Shown here piece after piece: positions 27,441 to 39,534 of a stretch of DNA of 64,000 nt. Location: positions 40,136-104,135 of the forward strand of contig JAUCBJ010008264.1 in the NCBI GenBank assembly GCA_032718475.1. Reading direction: 5' to 3'. Below the pieces are notes generated by a model. The model saw only the letters and a program-made list of their open reading frames with translations, made no database searches and was not told where the DNA came from. Origin of the DNA: Nemertoderma westbladi (taxonomy: Eukaryota; Animalia; Xenacoelomorpha). Position 1 is the first letter of the stretch, and every line of letters starts with the position of its first letter. The position numbers and the translations under genes were made by a program.

Positions 27441-28899
27441 AATAGCCAGGATGATGGAAAAAAGAGTCATAAAATAAATCTTGGTTGGACGCTTGAGTTA
27501 GCAGGTTAGTTTTGCGGTCGGCGGCAAGTAAACAGGTACTGCTGCGCATCCCGGGGCTGACAGACACCAGCTGTCACTCATTCTGCATCTGCTTTATATA
27601 CTTACCAACTGTACGGCACGCACTCTTTAAATCACTAGGCCTACTTTATGTGTGCAGTTTTACTGACCCACAACAATGCTTAACCTCTAAATTAACATAA
27701 TTATCCAAAAAAATACAGAAAGGGTATATAATAAATATATTCGAAAGAACATTGATAATACAAAGGCAAACCTACCATTAGTGTATTATCTGTGATCCCA
27801 TCCACTATCAATAACAGGCTCATGTTCATTCAGAATATCAATCTGTCCATATAATTAGTTAACAACTCTAAGGTAAACCATGGCTCACTGCATGGTGAAA
27901 CTTGGACCATTTTAACCGTTAAATGAACTAGAATTACACTAAAATGGCTAATTGCTTTCTGAGGTATGTCTACGACATACGACTAAGATAAACCGGTAGG
28001 CCTATGTAAATACATGAAATACAGGGCAGCAGGGGGGTTGTCATTGTACCTATTGTAGACCAGCCTACAGGCTTACAGGCCTACCGGTACCTCTGGAGGT
28101 GGAGGCTATTCCTAACTGCCTATTTTTTGTGGTTAATTCGGCGCTTGCCGGTCCTCCGAAATACCCAAAAAACACAATATTACCAAAAAAAACTTACCCA
28201 AAAAGACAAAAATAATTTATATCCTATAAAAAGGTATAAACTGATAAAGTTATAGGGTTCCTACTCCTATGTCGGAAATAAGATTGTAACCTATGTTATC
28301 GTTTATTGTTTTGGTTAGAAATGCCTGCTACTGTCTGACTGCTGGACTGTAACCTAAACCTACTCCTTTCCATTAGGGCCTAATTAAGAAATCTGATTTC
28401 GTATGCTGTGTGGCAATCTGGGCTGGGTAGGCGTGTAGGTAGGCCTACCGGTGGCAGTAGGTCATTAACCGTTAAAGGAATCTTCAAATGAACAAAATGT
28501 AATATTTTGAAATAAAAACTGAAAATTGAAAACTGAAAAGTGAAACTCTTCTTATAGTTCTGTAGTTAACCTAAATCTTATTGTCAGATTGTAGATACAT
28601 TGTTATTTTCTTGTCTTTTTGGGTAATTTTTTTTTGGGTAATATTGTTATAATATTATTATTGTTGTTATAATAATATTAGTTTACTACTCCAGTTCACA
28701 GTTACATTGTTACATAGTTATATATATCAGTATATACACAATGATCCGTAATAGGCCTATCGAAACAGCAAAATACTGAAATATAGTGGTGTCATTCTGT
28801 CATATAACCTAATCACCTAACCTAAACTAATACAAAAAACTACCTAAATACATACTGACTGAAATACATACATCTGTACATAAACAAGACAGGGACTTA

Positions 28900-29140
28900 A
28901 AATTAAACACCAGTTAAATAAAGTAATGAAAGTAATATAAACTAAAGTATAATATTTTTTATTTGCAGTATATGCAGTAGATGCACAGAGAGTTTTTGTT
29001 TAATGGAGTTAAAAGAAGTTGCATGCCGTGTATCAGCAGGCAGAGAATTACAGATATGTGAGGCTTGAATAAAAAAATAAACATTTCGCAATTTTAATCT
29101 ATGTCTAACAATGAAGCATTTATTTTGAGACGATTCACGG
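28900..29140 (-). pseudogene. Short decayed LINE 3' fragment
   Basis: The translation YFFIQASHICNSLPADTRHATSFNSIKQKL resembles the LINE ORF2 C-terminal (W)N.LP...S...FK..L motif. Confidence 0.5.
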
Positions 29141-29150
29141 GTTTGATGAG

Positions 29151-30124
29151 GGGTGCGGGTCGATTCGCCCCTCGACCTTTTCGCCCCAAGCACCAAGTCA
29201 ATTCGCCCCACATTTTAGGGGCATATGGACCTGGGGCGAATCGATTGGGACAGTTGACTGATTCGCCCCACCATCCAAGTCCATTCGCCCCAAATGATAT
29301 TATTGAATGTTTTACTAATATTCTTTTTAGGTACCGGTACAATGATATTAGAAAGTGCAATATTGAAATCTTGTTACAAACACTACCCTCGATTACGCCT
29401 ACGCGTAATATTTTTTAGACCTTCAATCTAATAAATTACCCTACTGCCCTACACCCTACAGTATAAATCTTGTTACAAACACATTTACCCTCGATTAGGC
29501 CTACAGTACGCGTAATATTTTTTAGATCTTCAATCTATTGCAATAAATTACAGTATAAATCTTGTTAATAACAAAGTTACAAACACTTTTGAACCTTGAT
29601 TATGCGTAATATTTTCTCAAGATCTTATAATGTGAAACAAATTGATAAGGTAAATCAAGCAAATCCAAATGTTGTTTTGTCTACTTTGTACTTTCCTTTT
29701 AAGCTTCAATATATTGAATCACCAATCACGTAGACACACATGCAACAGTGACAACTCTCATAGGCAACTCTTGTGGCTCGGCAAGGGTTCGAACCCGCGG
29801 GACCTAGAAGCATACATAATGAATTACATGTGAAACAAATTGATATGGTGAACCTCTGGTCATCTCATCATCTAGGCCAATGCCAATGGTATGGCTGTAT
29901 GCTGGTATGGTATGGTACTTTACTTTCTAAAAAATATTGTACCTAAAAAGAATATTAGTAAAACATTCAATAAAATCATCTGGTGCGAATGGACTTTGGA
30001 GGTGGCGCGAATCAGTCAACTGTCCAAGTCGATTCGCCCCAGGTCCAAATGCCCCTAAAATGTGGGGCGAATCGACTTGGCAGCTTGGGGCGAAAAGGTC
30101 GAGCCAGCGAATCGACCCGCACCC
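29151..30124. mobile_element. MULE-like MITE with ~185-bp TIRs
   Basis: Arms 29151-29335 and 29939-30124 (GGGTGCGGGTCGATTCGC...) are built from TTCGCCCC subrepeats. A 10-bp TSD GTTTGATGAG/GTCTGATGAG has one mismatch. There are three internal direct repeats of about 100 bp. Confidence 0.85.
29770..29810 (-). repeat. tRNA-derived (SINE-like) fragment
   Basis: B-box GGTTCGAACCC followed by ...GCCGAGCCAC on the minus strand; no complete cloverleaf. Confidence 0.4.
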
Positions 30125-30559
30125 GTCTGATGAGAATGAATTCGGTCTATCAGCTATGCTATGGGAGTTAAAACATGTTTAATATATCTTTCGTTATTGA
30201 TCGGGTACGTTTTAACCGAGGTACGTTTTGACTTGTAACCCATGCACCATGCATCAGTCTGTCAGTACGCTGGTATAGTCAGACGGTACGGCAGTACGGT
30301 ACCTGATGCTGGTAGCGTTACTGAACTGACAGACTGCCTATATCAGTATATGGAATATTGACAAAAAGCGCGCCACACGGGTTCTGGTAAAACGAAACGC
30401 GCACCAGCCATGACATTCAATGCGGGCCAACCATTCACCAACTGACCAAGAAATTTTGCAATTATTAGGTACCTAGTCGTAGTAGGTACTGTCTGACTGT
30501 ATTATATTGTAATAATTTATCAGTTTATACTGCAGCAGACCTACATTATTAAAATATTA

Positions 30560-31060
30560 AAAGGCGAGCATAGCGAGCAAATAAATTTTGCAGAAATATT
30601 AAGATTAATACAGTGTTCAGGTGTTAGTCAGATAGTACCTGTCAGCCTGTAGTAGAGTAGGTCAACCGCTGAACCGACTGTTTTTAAATACAGGTGTGAT
30701 TAAATTGCGAGCGTAGCGAGCAAGAAAATTTTAACATTTATAGTCAGATAGTAGGCCTAGGCTAGGCACTAGGCCAACCAACTGTTTTTAAATACAGAAT
30801 CAGATTATGGATAAAATTGAGAGCTTAGCGAGCATGAGAATCGAGAATGTGGTTTTATATTGCAGTATTGGTTTGAACAATTGAAACAACTCATGTCAGC
30901 ATGTAGGTTAATAAACAGATACCAGATACAGTACCGGTAGCCTAATACTGTAATAGGGATATTGAAATAATGGATATATGAGCAGGCAGGATATAGCAGT
31001 ATAGGCTTAACAATAAGCGCGAGCGAAGCGAGCGAAAAATTTTTAACTCTTTTTAAAAAC
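30560..31060. repeat. Degenerate ~145-bp repeats each carrying a GCGAGCNNAGCGAGC motif (probable subterminal region of a non-autonomous DNA transposon)
   Basis: The motif occurs near 30564, 30707, 30820 and 31019, mostly followed by AAATTTT-type runs. Confidence 0.5.
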
Positions 31061-32229
31061 ATACTGATATAATTTCAAGTAGGCCTACCGGTAGAGCAGT
31101 AGAGTGAATATGTTGCCAGTCAGCCAGTGCATTGACTACTGTTACAGTCTGACAGTGTTACATGACAATGGCAGAATGACATCCATCGGTCCATACAGCC
31201 ATAGGCCTATGCTGATATGCAGATATGCGCGTCAGGATCCTCAATGCACGCCACACGACCCTGTTGCTCCGCGTCAGGATCCTTAATGCGCACCACACAT
31301 GTTGAGCAAACTCTACATAAATTCCAATCCAACCTGGACAGACTGAAGAACGATAGCTGGATAGTGCCCACATTCACCATTATCCTGTTATCTACCGGTA
31401 CCTGTTCTGCTGTTATTGCTGTATTCAGGTATTGGGAACATCGCATCATTGTAATGCAGTAATGTACAGATGTAGGCTACCCTGTCTGCCTGTACCCTGT
31501 TGGCAGTTCAGCAGTTTGCAGTTGGGCCTACTGCTGTACGGTAGTTTAGCTCTTACATTACAGCATTATGATATGATACTGCTCTCCTAACAGCCTAACG
31601 CCATACCAGCATACACTTCCACAAGATAAAAATATTGCTATAGCAAGCCATCTAATGAATTAACCAATGAATAGCCAGCCTTGCCCACCGTCACCATGGA
31701 TCTACTGGGAGCTCTTCTCCAGCTCACACAAACCATTATACAATATTAGCTGGCCTTCATTCTGCTTTGCTGTCCAGTTCCTATACACCCAATCTTTGTC
31801 CAGGACATACAGCCGGAGCCACAAAACCCCACACACAACCTTTACTTGAGTTGTAATAATATAGAGAGCCTAGTTCCGAAGTAGTGATGGGAATACAATT
31901 CAATTTTATACAGCTAGCCAAGGATATTCCCCCTCTCGCATCCAACTTTGGTTAATTAAATGACATTCTCGCGTTGTTGACTTTAAGAATTAAGTACATG
32001 GTAGGGAGACTGGGGAATGAATGTCAGACAATAGTATATATTAAGTCCAGCTACTTTTTTTGTTTTTTTGAACTTATTCCCCATCCTCATTATGGTTGTT
32101 TGTAGCGCGTCTTTTTATAACGAACCTGCCTGTATGTATATTGATATTGATATATTGATAAACTTTTTGTATCATGTATGTATGTATCCATCTGCCATAA
32201 ACAGCAGTTACTCGCACAGTTTCGAAACT

Positions 32230-32630
32230 TGGCATAGTTATAAAGGTCGTCAGTCTGCGTTTAGAAAAATATTTTATGACAAAACAGGACGAGCGCAACG
32301 AGGCTTTTAATAAAGACGAGTACTGTGTTGACTATATTCTCCTATTAACCACATGGCTTCGAATATTGAACGCATCGACAGTTATAAAGATCGTCAGTCT
32401 GCGTTTAGGAAATAACATTTAAGATAAAACCGGACGCAATCGGAGCTCAACGAGGCTTATAATACTGCGTTGAATATTATCCTATGGTTTCTAATATTAT
32501 TGAACACAATATACCACATTTGGTTCAGTACCGGAGCGGTAGTGTAATGTTGTAAGCTACACGTTTGTGACGATATGTACAGGACGAACGCAATGAATAA
32601 GCTTGTAATAATATAGAGACGAGTTGCTGG
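32230..32630. repeat. Degenerate ~145-bp direct repeats
   Basis: AGTTATAAAG.TCGTCAGTCTGCGTTTAG...GGACG...CAACGAGGCTT occurs twice, plus a partial third copy. Confidence 0.6.
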
Positions 32631-33196
32631 AGTTCAGCTTTGTAGTGGCTCGGGGGGGGGGGGGGGGGGGCTGTCCCCGTGCGCAAGTTCGAGGTAACGG
32701 CATCCTGACATTATGCCGTCACCAATAGATAGAGTGAGAGAGAAATTAATTAAGACAAGTAAACGACTAATCAAATGGCACCATCCAATAGCAGAACAGC
32801 TGCCCTGATACCCCATTGGTCAGGGGGACAGATTCCATTGGCCTTCTCTCAATCGATCGGTAGGTACCACTGTAACTGCCATTTATACTTCAGGCACTTT
32901 TTCTACTACTGACAGTGTTTCATTATCGACCCAGAGTTCTTTGGGCAATGACAACGGATTCAGACTTGTGCTATTACTTCTAACTGTTTATTACCTATTT
33001 CATATTATATTATACATGGATGCAAAGACAAGAAGCTAGTTTTCCCCAACGTCCAGGTCAGGAACATCCGTCCCCTACAGACCTCGACCTAGTAGAACTG
33101 TACCACCCCACTCAGTAACCAGCCGCTTGTTTACTATAAGATCCGGCCAGCTACTCTGACAGTTAAACTGAAAGCAAAATTATAAGAAGCACACCA

Positions 33197-36100
33197 GTGG
33201 GTTTCATGATGGGCAGCCGCAGACCGACGCCGGCTTCGATGCCGACTCCATCGGTCAACAATAGTGTCGAAGAGCTGCCCCTCGATGATGCAGCTTGGAT
33301 GGAAGCATCTGGAGGAACAGCCCAGGAGGAGACAATAGATCTTGTGTACGCATCGGCGCATCGGGAGTCATTGAAAAAGGTTTAATTTGGGTAAGATAAA
33401 CATACCCCAAGGGGCCATGGAGAACCAATGAGCTTAAAGCGAGGAATGGATAAAATAAATATGTGCCATGTAGTGAAGCATAAAATAATTTCGATGTTAA
33501 TTCGAACATTAATATTACATTTCTGAGATAAATGTAGAATTTAATTTTAAATGTACGTGAAATTAAATCACCAAGGTGAAATAAAAATCAAATGGGTCTG
33601 AAATATTACTAAGTAAGTCCAAAAATTAACGGACAAAAATTAATTACATTAAATAAATGTAGGTAAACATTGTGGAATAAGTAAAAAACAACTAAAATAA
33701 GTAAAATAGTGCACATTACAAATTTCTTAGCCATATATTACATAGGGAGGACCTTATGAAGGCACACTGTGTAGCTAGCAGGAAGTTTGGACAACTGGGA
33801 TGTCAGAAAGAGGAATCCAGTGAGCGAAACGATAGGATTCACCTGTAGACGTTTGTTTGTTACGGAGCACACAGTGCGACATCCGGAGAAGATCACCCAC
33901 GGTTACTACCACCGTTTGCTGCGCCATCATAAAGTTCGCGACTTCAGGATCACTTTCGGACCAACCACGAGAGTCATCTAATCGGAACCTATGGGACTCC
34001 AGCATTGGACAATGCCGTGGCCAAGTATCTCCACTGTGTTACTGTCGGAACAGAATCCAACTTCGGGATCCTGATGTCGATGAAGCAACCACTGAGAAAA
34101 CAGTGGAAGAGGTTTGTCGAGGCTGTCCAGAAGGAAAAATTCATTATATTCGACGATGAAGGAATTACAGAGGAACTTATGGATGGTTTCCGTAACGCAC
34201 GTCGAACAATACAGTTACACTTGGCCGGGCCATGCGGGGATGTTTTCCTATTCGATCTTGCGATATACGACTGGAGCATCAAACTGAAGATCGATCGACT
34301 GCCACACACTATTATTCAGGATGACACGATCACCAAGTTTGGCTTGGCGATATCGCACGATATTGAGCGCATAGAGGGACATAAACTCCCCAACTTGTTG
34401 GATGCTCAAGTCTTGTATATGGCATTGACAGCTCCATATGGACTTGGACTCAACGACGTCACTGACATATACGGATCTGCCGCCTACGGACCAATGATGG
34501 GACTTATATGCCATAAACCGATCAATAGGAAATGTTCGCATAATTTTCATTGCTGGTGGCGGGCATATATGAAATTCATAAACTCTAATAAATGAATAAT
34601 CCGAAAAGTCCCCAGCACTGTGCGCAAAAACTGGAAGGGTGAAAAGTTAAAATTAATAACGGCGGTATTTAATGACGACTAAACACAAACCGTCACTCAC
34701 CATGCTTTTAAAAGGGCCCAGATCCCCAGAATTCAAGTACAATCTGGCACCAGGTCGAGTTCCTGGATGCCAAGGGAAAAATGCCTGAGAGGTGCCTGTC
34801 AGCCTAGCATGAGCCTGAAAAGGATTCTGGCTAGGGTGACACTAGGCATCATGAAGGCGGGTACTCCAAGCCGAGCCGGTTGGCGTAGCACGAGCCTGAA
34901 AAGGATTCGGGTTATGTTGACACTAGGCAGAGCGTGGGTGAAAGGGACATGGACAGCTGACACCTGAGCTAAGTCGCTTGACTTGCCTTAGGACCAACCC
35001 TGAAAGGGATTGCTAGGGGCGAGCGGAACGCAAGGGACTGACCGAGGGACTCGGACCACCCGAACAGCGCCTGTCAGCTTAGTGCGAGCCTGAAATGGAT
35101 TCGAACCCTGGTGACACTAGACTTCGTGAAGACCCGACAAAGCCCGAAGTTAAACCGCTTGACCTGCCTTAGGACTCACCCCGAAATGGATGGCGATGGG
35201 CGAGCGGTACGCTGAAGGGTCGATGTATTACCAACCAGACGGAGTGATATGCAGCATCACTGCTGCATTCTCTCACCAACCGACAGACACCCAACGGACA
35301 GCCGAGCGGAGCCGGTTAGCGTAGCACGAGCCTGAAAAGGATTCGGGCTACAGTGACACTAGGCAAAGCGAGGGATAGACGCGAGGGACGGACTACCAAC
35401 GGGCAACGGACATTTGACGGCCTAATGACCGACTTATAGACGGACACAGACAGACATATAAAGACATATATCAAACGTAGTTCATGGGGGGGGGGGGGGG
35501 GGGGGGGGGTTAAAATAAAAAAGTAAAATAAAGTATTCTGACATATTAAATAATTTGTAATGGAAGCTGATTAATATTGTTATAAAACTCAATCTTGTGT
35601 ATATTCATTCTATTTATATTGGCATATTGGGGAGTCCCATATATTTGGAATCAGTGTTAAAATCGGTAAAAGAACTAGATTAGTAAGAATAAAATTGATG
35701 ATTCAACCCAACTCGATCTTTTTCAATTTTTCCTGCATTATCCAACAGCTCCCCGATCCAATATCTGGTGACTAGTCTTGTTGAGATTCACAACCAACTC
35801 AAACTTACATCGGCGTTAGAAGTAAAGGCAACAGGAAAACCTTTAAACACCACTGCAGATCCCAGCTCACCAACGAACTAGTTTAGGAAGCGAGATCGAA
35901 TCAGACCACGCTGTATCAGTGGATGATCGACACAGTGAGCATGGAGCAGATGCGCTACGTTCTCCAGGAGAATTGGCAACTGCTCACCATGCTCGAACTA
36001 TTCATGACAGTAGTCATTAATAAAGAGCCAAATGCGTTCCTTGTGTCGGATCGAACAGTTGGTATCCGCGACTCGATCAACATTGTCCATCGGTCCATTG

Positions 36101-36540
36101 GTCATCTTTCCCGGTGTCAAAGGCGACACAGTTTTTTATGACGCGAGATTCCTTCTCGATACAGGTGTAAACAGGTAGGTACAGGAGAATCAGGAACAGA
36201 TCACCGCACATTGCCATACACTCACTATGAGATCGGCGAGTATGCACTCGATGCTCCATCGGACACATGGACGCTGTCCGAACTCACCGAATCTGACTCG
36301 ATGTCGGAACATTGGACGGCCGTTACCAAAACAACCCGCGTGGATATGTACGATGAGCCTCCGACAATCCTATTTACCCCAGGAGCGATACCCGAGTATC
36401 AACTTCGGAACTGCGACACGGACTGGCGGGATGGGCAAGCCATTCTCAGTACCGATCAGCCTACAGCCTCTCGACGAGAGTGACACCCACTGTCCAAATC
36501 GACCATGGCACGGCCTCCGGGTTCTAGTATATTGAACAGC
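33197..36540 (+). pseudogene. Intron-containing, frame-disrupted gene: C2H2-like finger plus DEDDy (WRN/EXD/Mut-7/RNase D-like) 3'-5' exonuclease domain
   Basis: ExoI FIIFDDEG, then IQLHLAG..DVFLFDL; ExoII IIQDDTITKFGLAISHDIERI, then NLLDAQ and GLGLNDV (34005-34560). An ExoIII-like YQW.IDTVSMEQMRYVLQEN lies in a later exon starting after tttag| at 35887. Upstream VCCAIIK and SSRLQDHFRTNH are split by a frameshift. Outer boundaries are uncertain. Confidence 0.7.
34745..35364 (+). ncRNA. Candidate structured-RNA array: six related long hairpins with apical CCY-GAAA-DGG-A plus two extra hairpins, inside the exonuclease-gene intron
   Basis: Type A at 34791-34850, 34875-34928, 35069-35122 and 35311-35364; type B at 34975-35025 and 35155-35207. 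Copies show compensatory changes and G-U pairs on the + strand. No continuous ORF spans the array. Confidence 0.55.
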
Positions 36541-37354
36541 CGGGACCGTCGACTTAAACCTTCAGCTACGAAGAAGACATGATTATATCCCCAGCATATA
36601 GGATGGCGCACCTATAATTGGCCTGGTGGGAATACCTTGACGAATATAAGGTCAGTCCTACAAGGAAAATATTGATCAAATGCTACATATAGAAACAGGC
36701 GACTTTAGACCTGCCGAACTCTAGAGAAACATTAAAAGTATGCCAAACATAAATTGTGTGGTTTAGATGAAATCCCTAGATAGGTATGTAAAAAAGGAGT
36801 GTCCGTGAAAATTGCTTTATTTAATTGATCCTCGTATATTTACATCAACTCACTCTCTACGTTCGGTTGTGTAACAATCCAGTGAAATTAGCAGCTCACT
36901 GTAAATTGTCACACAGTTTGTTTGTATATAGGTTTTAAATTGCCCCCATTCTTTCTACATGGCAAACTCCATTCACTAAGAATTATTTACACGGGTGCAA
37001 TAATGTATGATATCATTGAGACCCTTTATTGCTTTAATAGGCTAGGCTACATCACAGTGTAACTCTATGAAAGAATTCACACTGTCACAATTCTCTAGTT
37101 TGTAATTAATTAATCGAATGTACTTTAATAACGGAGTATAATTACACCTCACTTTTATATTGATTCATTTACTAAAGAAACAGCAAGACTCCTTACAGCA
37201 TGTAATACAACAATATTATAACTTTATTACTGTGGATGTAATGTCATGTAGCAAGCAGTGAGTGCTTGGTCTGTAGATTAAAAATGTATATTAACATACA
37301 GTAGCATTCAATATTCAGAGTAATTTTTTTATGTAGCTTTTTTATTTCAGTTAA

Positions 37355-38829
37355 CCCTATTAGTACCGGGCTATAAAATGTTGTACAAATACAAATAACA
37401 ATAATATTGACCCCTCCCTCTAAAATCTACAAATTTCAAAAAAAATGTCTGATTTTTGTTTGTACGTAGATCTCACTAGTCCTAATCCGACCAAAATAAA
37501 AAAAATTCGAAAAAGTACAGTGGTGGATATTTTGCTACACCAAAATTACAAGTAGTGAACAAGTTTCATAAAGATTGAAAGTTATAATTTTCGGCTAATT
37601 ATTTTTCAATACAGGTTTTCTGCGGCGCAAAATCCATTGGAAACTGTTTAGAAATGATATGATTACTATAAATGGATGTTTTAGCCCTCTACTTAGGCAA
37701 AAAATGAAAAAAAACAAGTAACCAGCACTTTTCAGTTTGAACACAAAATTTTTAATTCACTTATACGATGCTATAAATTCAAATTTTTAGGTTTTCTAGG
37801 GTGCTGATTCTAATGGAATACATTTCTAATTTGCTAGATCACTGCTAATTGTATTTTTCGGCGTAATATGGCAAAGTTTGGTGCTGGCACCAAATTTCGT
37901 ACCCATCACCAAAAAGTACAAGTTTGAGTTGTCCAGTGCGGTTTTTATTGATTCCATCGGATTCAGGACCCTCATAAACCCGTATAACGCAAGAAACAAA
38001 ATGATACTATCTATTGATCAATTTGCTTATTTTCAAAAATTTGTTGCTGGCACAACAATTTTCACCCACCGACGAAAAATACAGATTTAAAAACTCTTAT
38101 GGAATTTTTACATATTCCATTCATTGAATTCAGAACCTTTATCAATTGATATATTTGGTGGTTTTCAAAATTTGGAGCTAGCACCAAATTTTCCACCCAG
38201 TTCCGAAAAATACAAGTTTGAGATGTCTAGTTAGATAATTATTTATTTCATTGAATTCAGAACCGCCATAAACCTCTAAAACGCGAGAAATAAGTTGTAA
38301 CGATCAATTTAACTATTGAATGGGACCAAATTTTGCACACCGCGCCGAAAAATGCAAGTTTGATACTCCTAGTGCAACTCGTATATATTCCATCGAAATC
38401 ACAGCCCCAAAAAACACATATTGCGCAAAAAACAGGTTCAAGCAATCAATTTACGAAATTGACATATTTCAAAATTTGGTGCTGGCACCAAAATTGGCAT
38501 CCGCCGAAAAAAACAAGTTTGTAATTTCTAAATTTATTTAGAAGAATTCCATCTAATTGCAATCACCAAAAAACCGGTGTAAATCAAAAATAGAGATGTT
38601 ACAAATAATATTTAATGAAATGTAATTTTCAAAAAACGCCTCAAAAAAAGTGCCAAAATTAAAAAATTGTGCTATAACTCGAAAACTTCCCAATACTTTT
38701 GAAAACCGTTTTCACTATTAGGAAGACAATAGATTTTTAGGAAAAGTCACAAAATGAATGATTCCTCACTGCGTTTGTTTCAGAGTTATAACAAAAAAAA
38801 CCACGGGAAGGGTCATACATTTAATAGGG
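37355..38829. mobile_element. Non-autonomous piggyBac-type element
   Basis: TTAA|CCCTATTA ... TAATAGGG|TTAA, with TTAA TSDs at 37351-37354 and 38830-38833. Internal ~140-bp degenerate repeats carry TTTGGTGCTGGCACCAAA palindromes. Confidence 0.8.
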
Positions 38830-39534
38830 TTAAGGCATGAATCTGATTTAATAATAACAAATGTTTAATATTATTATTAAATTAAAATCATCAAAGCAGT
38901 GCAGTTAACGACACATTCGATATTTTTGTTTAGTTTGTCTTCTAAAGCAGGTAAACCTTGGTAGTGACAGTTGCAATAATTGCAACTGTTGCAATTACAA
39001 TTATTGTAATAATTAATTGCATATAATTGGCATTAGATCTATGTAATTTTATTTTAAATAATAATTTTTATTGTATATATATCATCTCTCGTACCAACCA
39101 CTGACTGTTACTACTTTTTATATATGACCTCTATGGACTTATTGACTGTTACTAATCAATACTTTATTACTATTTATTACAGGAGAATACAGTTACATTT
39201 GTTTTACATCAACACATCCGCAGTAATTAGTTTCAGTTTATAATATTGATTCATTGTTCACTTTTCTATCAGATGTCTCCAAGACGACGTATAAACATTC
39301 AAACTCGTTGCACCGCGGCGGTTTAGACTGTTCGATTAGACGTGGTCACCACCGAACATTTGCAAATTATATTTAAGAAGTTTAAAAGTTATAAAATATA
39401 AACCTGCGATACATGAATGTGGAATTAAAGTGATAATAAGTACGGAGCTTAGGTGATAATGGGGTCCAACTTACAAAACATTTGGGCTGCAGTTAATTAG
39501 GGAAAAATTTGATGACTGATTGATTGGCAACGAA

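Larger units (their letters stand above)
19511..27690. mobile_element. Old non-autonomous TIR element (arms ~19511-19683 and ~27551-27690), expanded by nested LINE and Gypsy insertions
   Basis: Diverged inverted arms share TGTGGGTCAGT..AACTGCAC, AGTGATTTAA.GAGTGCG and GCAG.TGCAG.ATGAGTGACAGCT.GTGTC. No TSD is recognisable. Confidence 0.6.

Noticed and set aside
30127-30160. CTGATGAG as a hammerhead ribozyme core
   Set aside because: It is part of the MITE target-site duplication, with no stem II or GAAA partner.
34767-35380. Hairpin array read as a coding repeat (HEPEKDSGY.DTR), SECIS elements, histone stem-loops or lambda boxB
   Set aside because: Each unit has an in-frame TAG and the frames change between units. 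The SECIS core geometry is absent. The histone-like CCTTTTCAGG is on the strand disfavoured by G-U pairing and lacks the full stem. The boxB similarity is limited to a generic GNRA loop.
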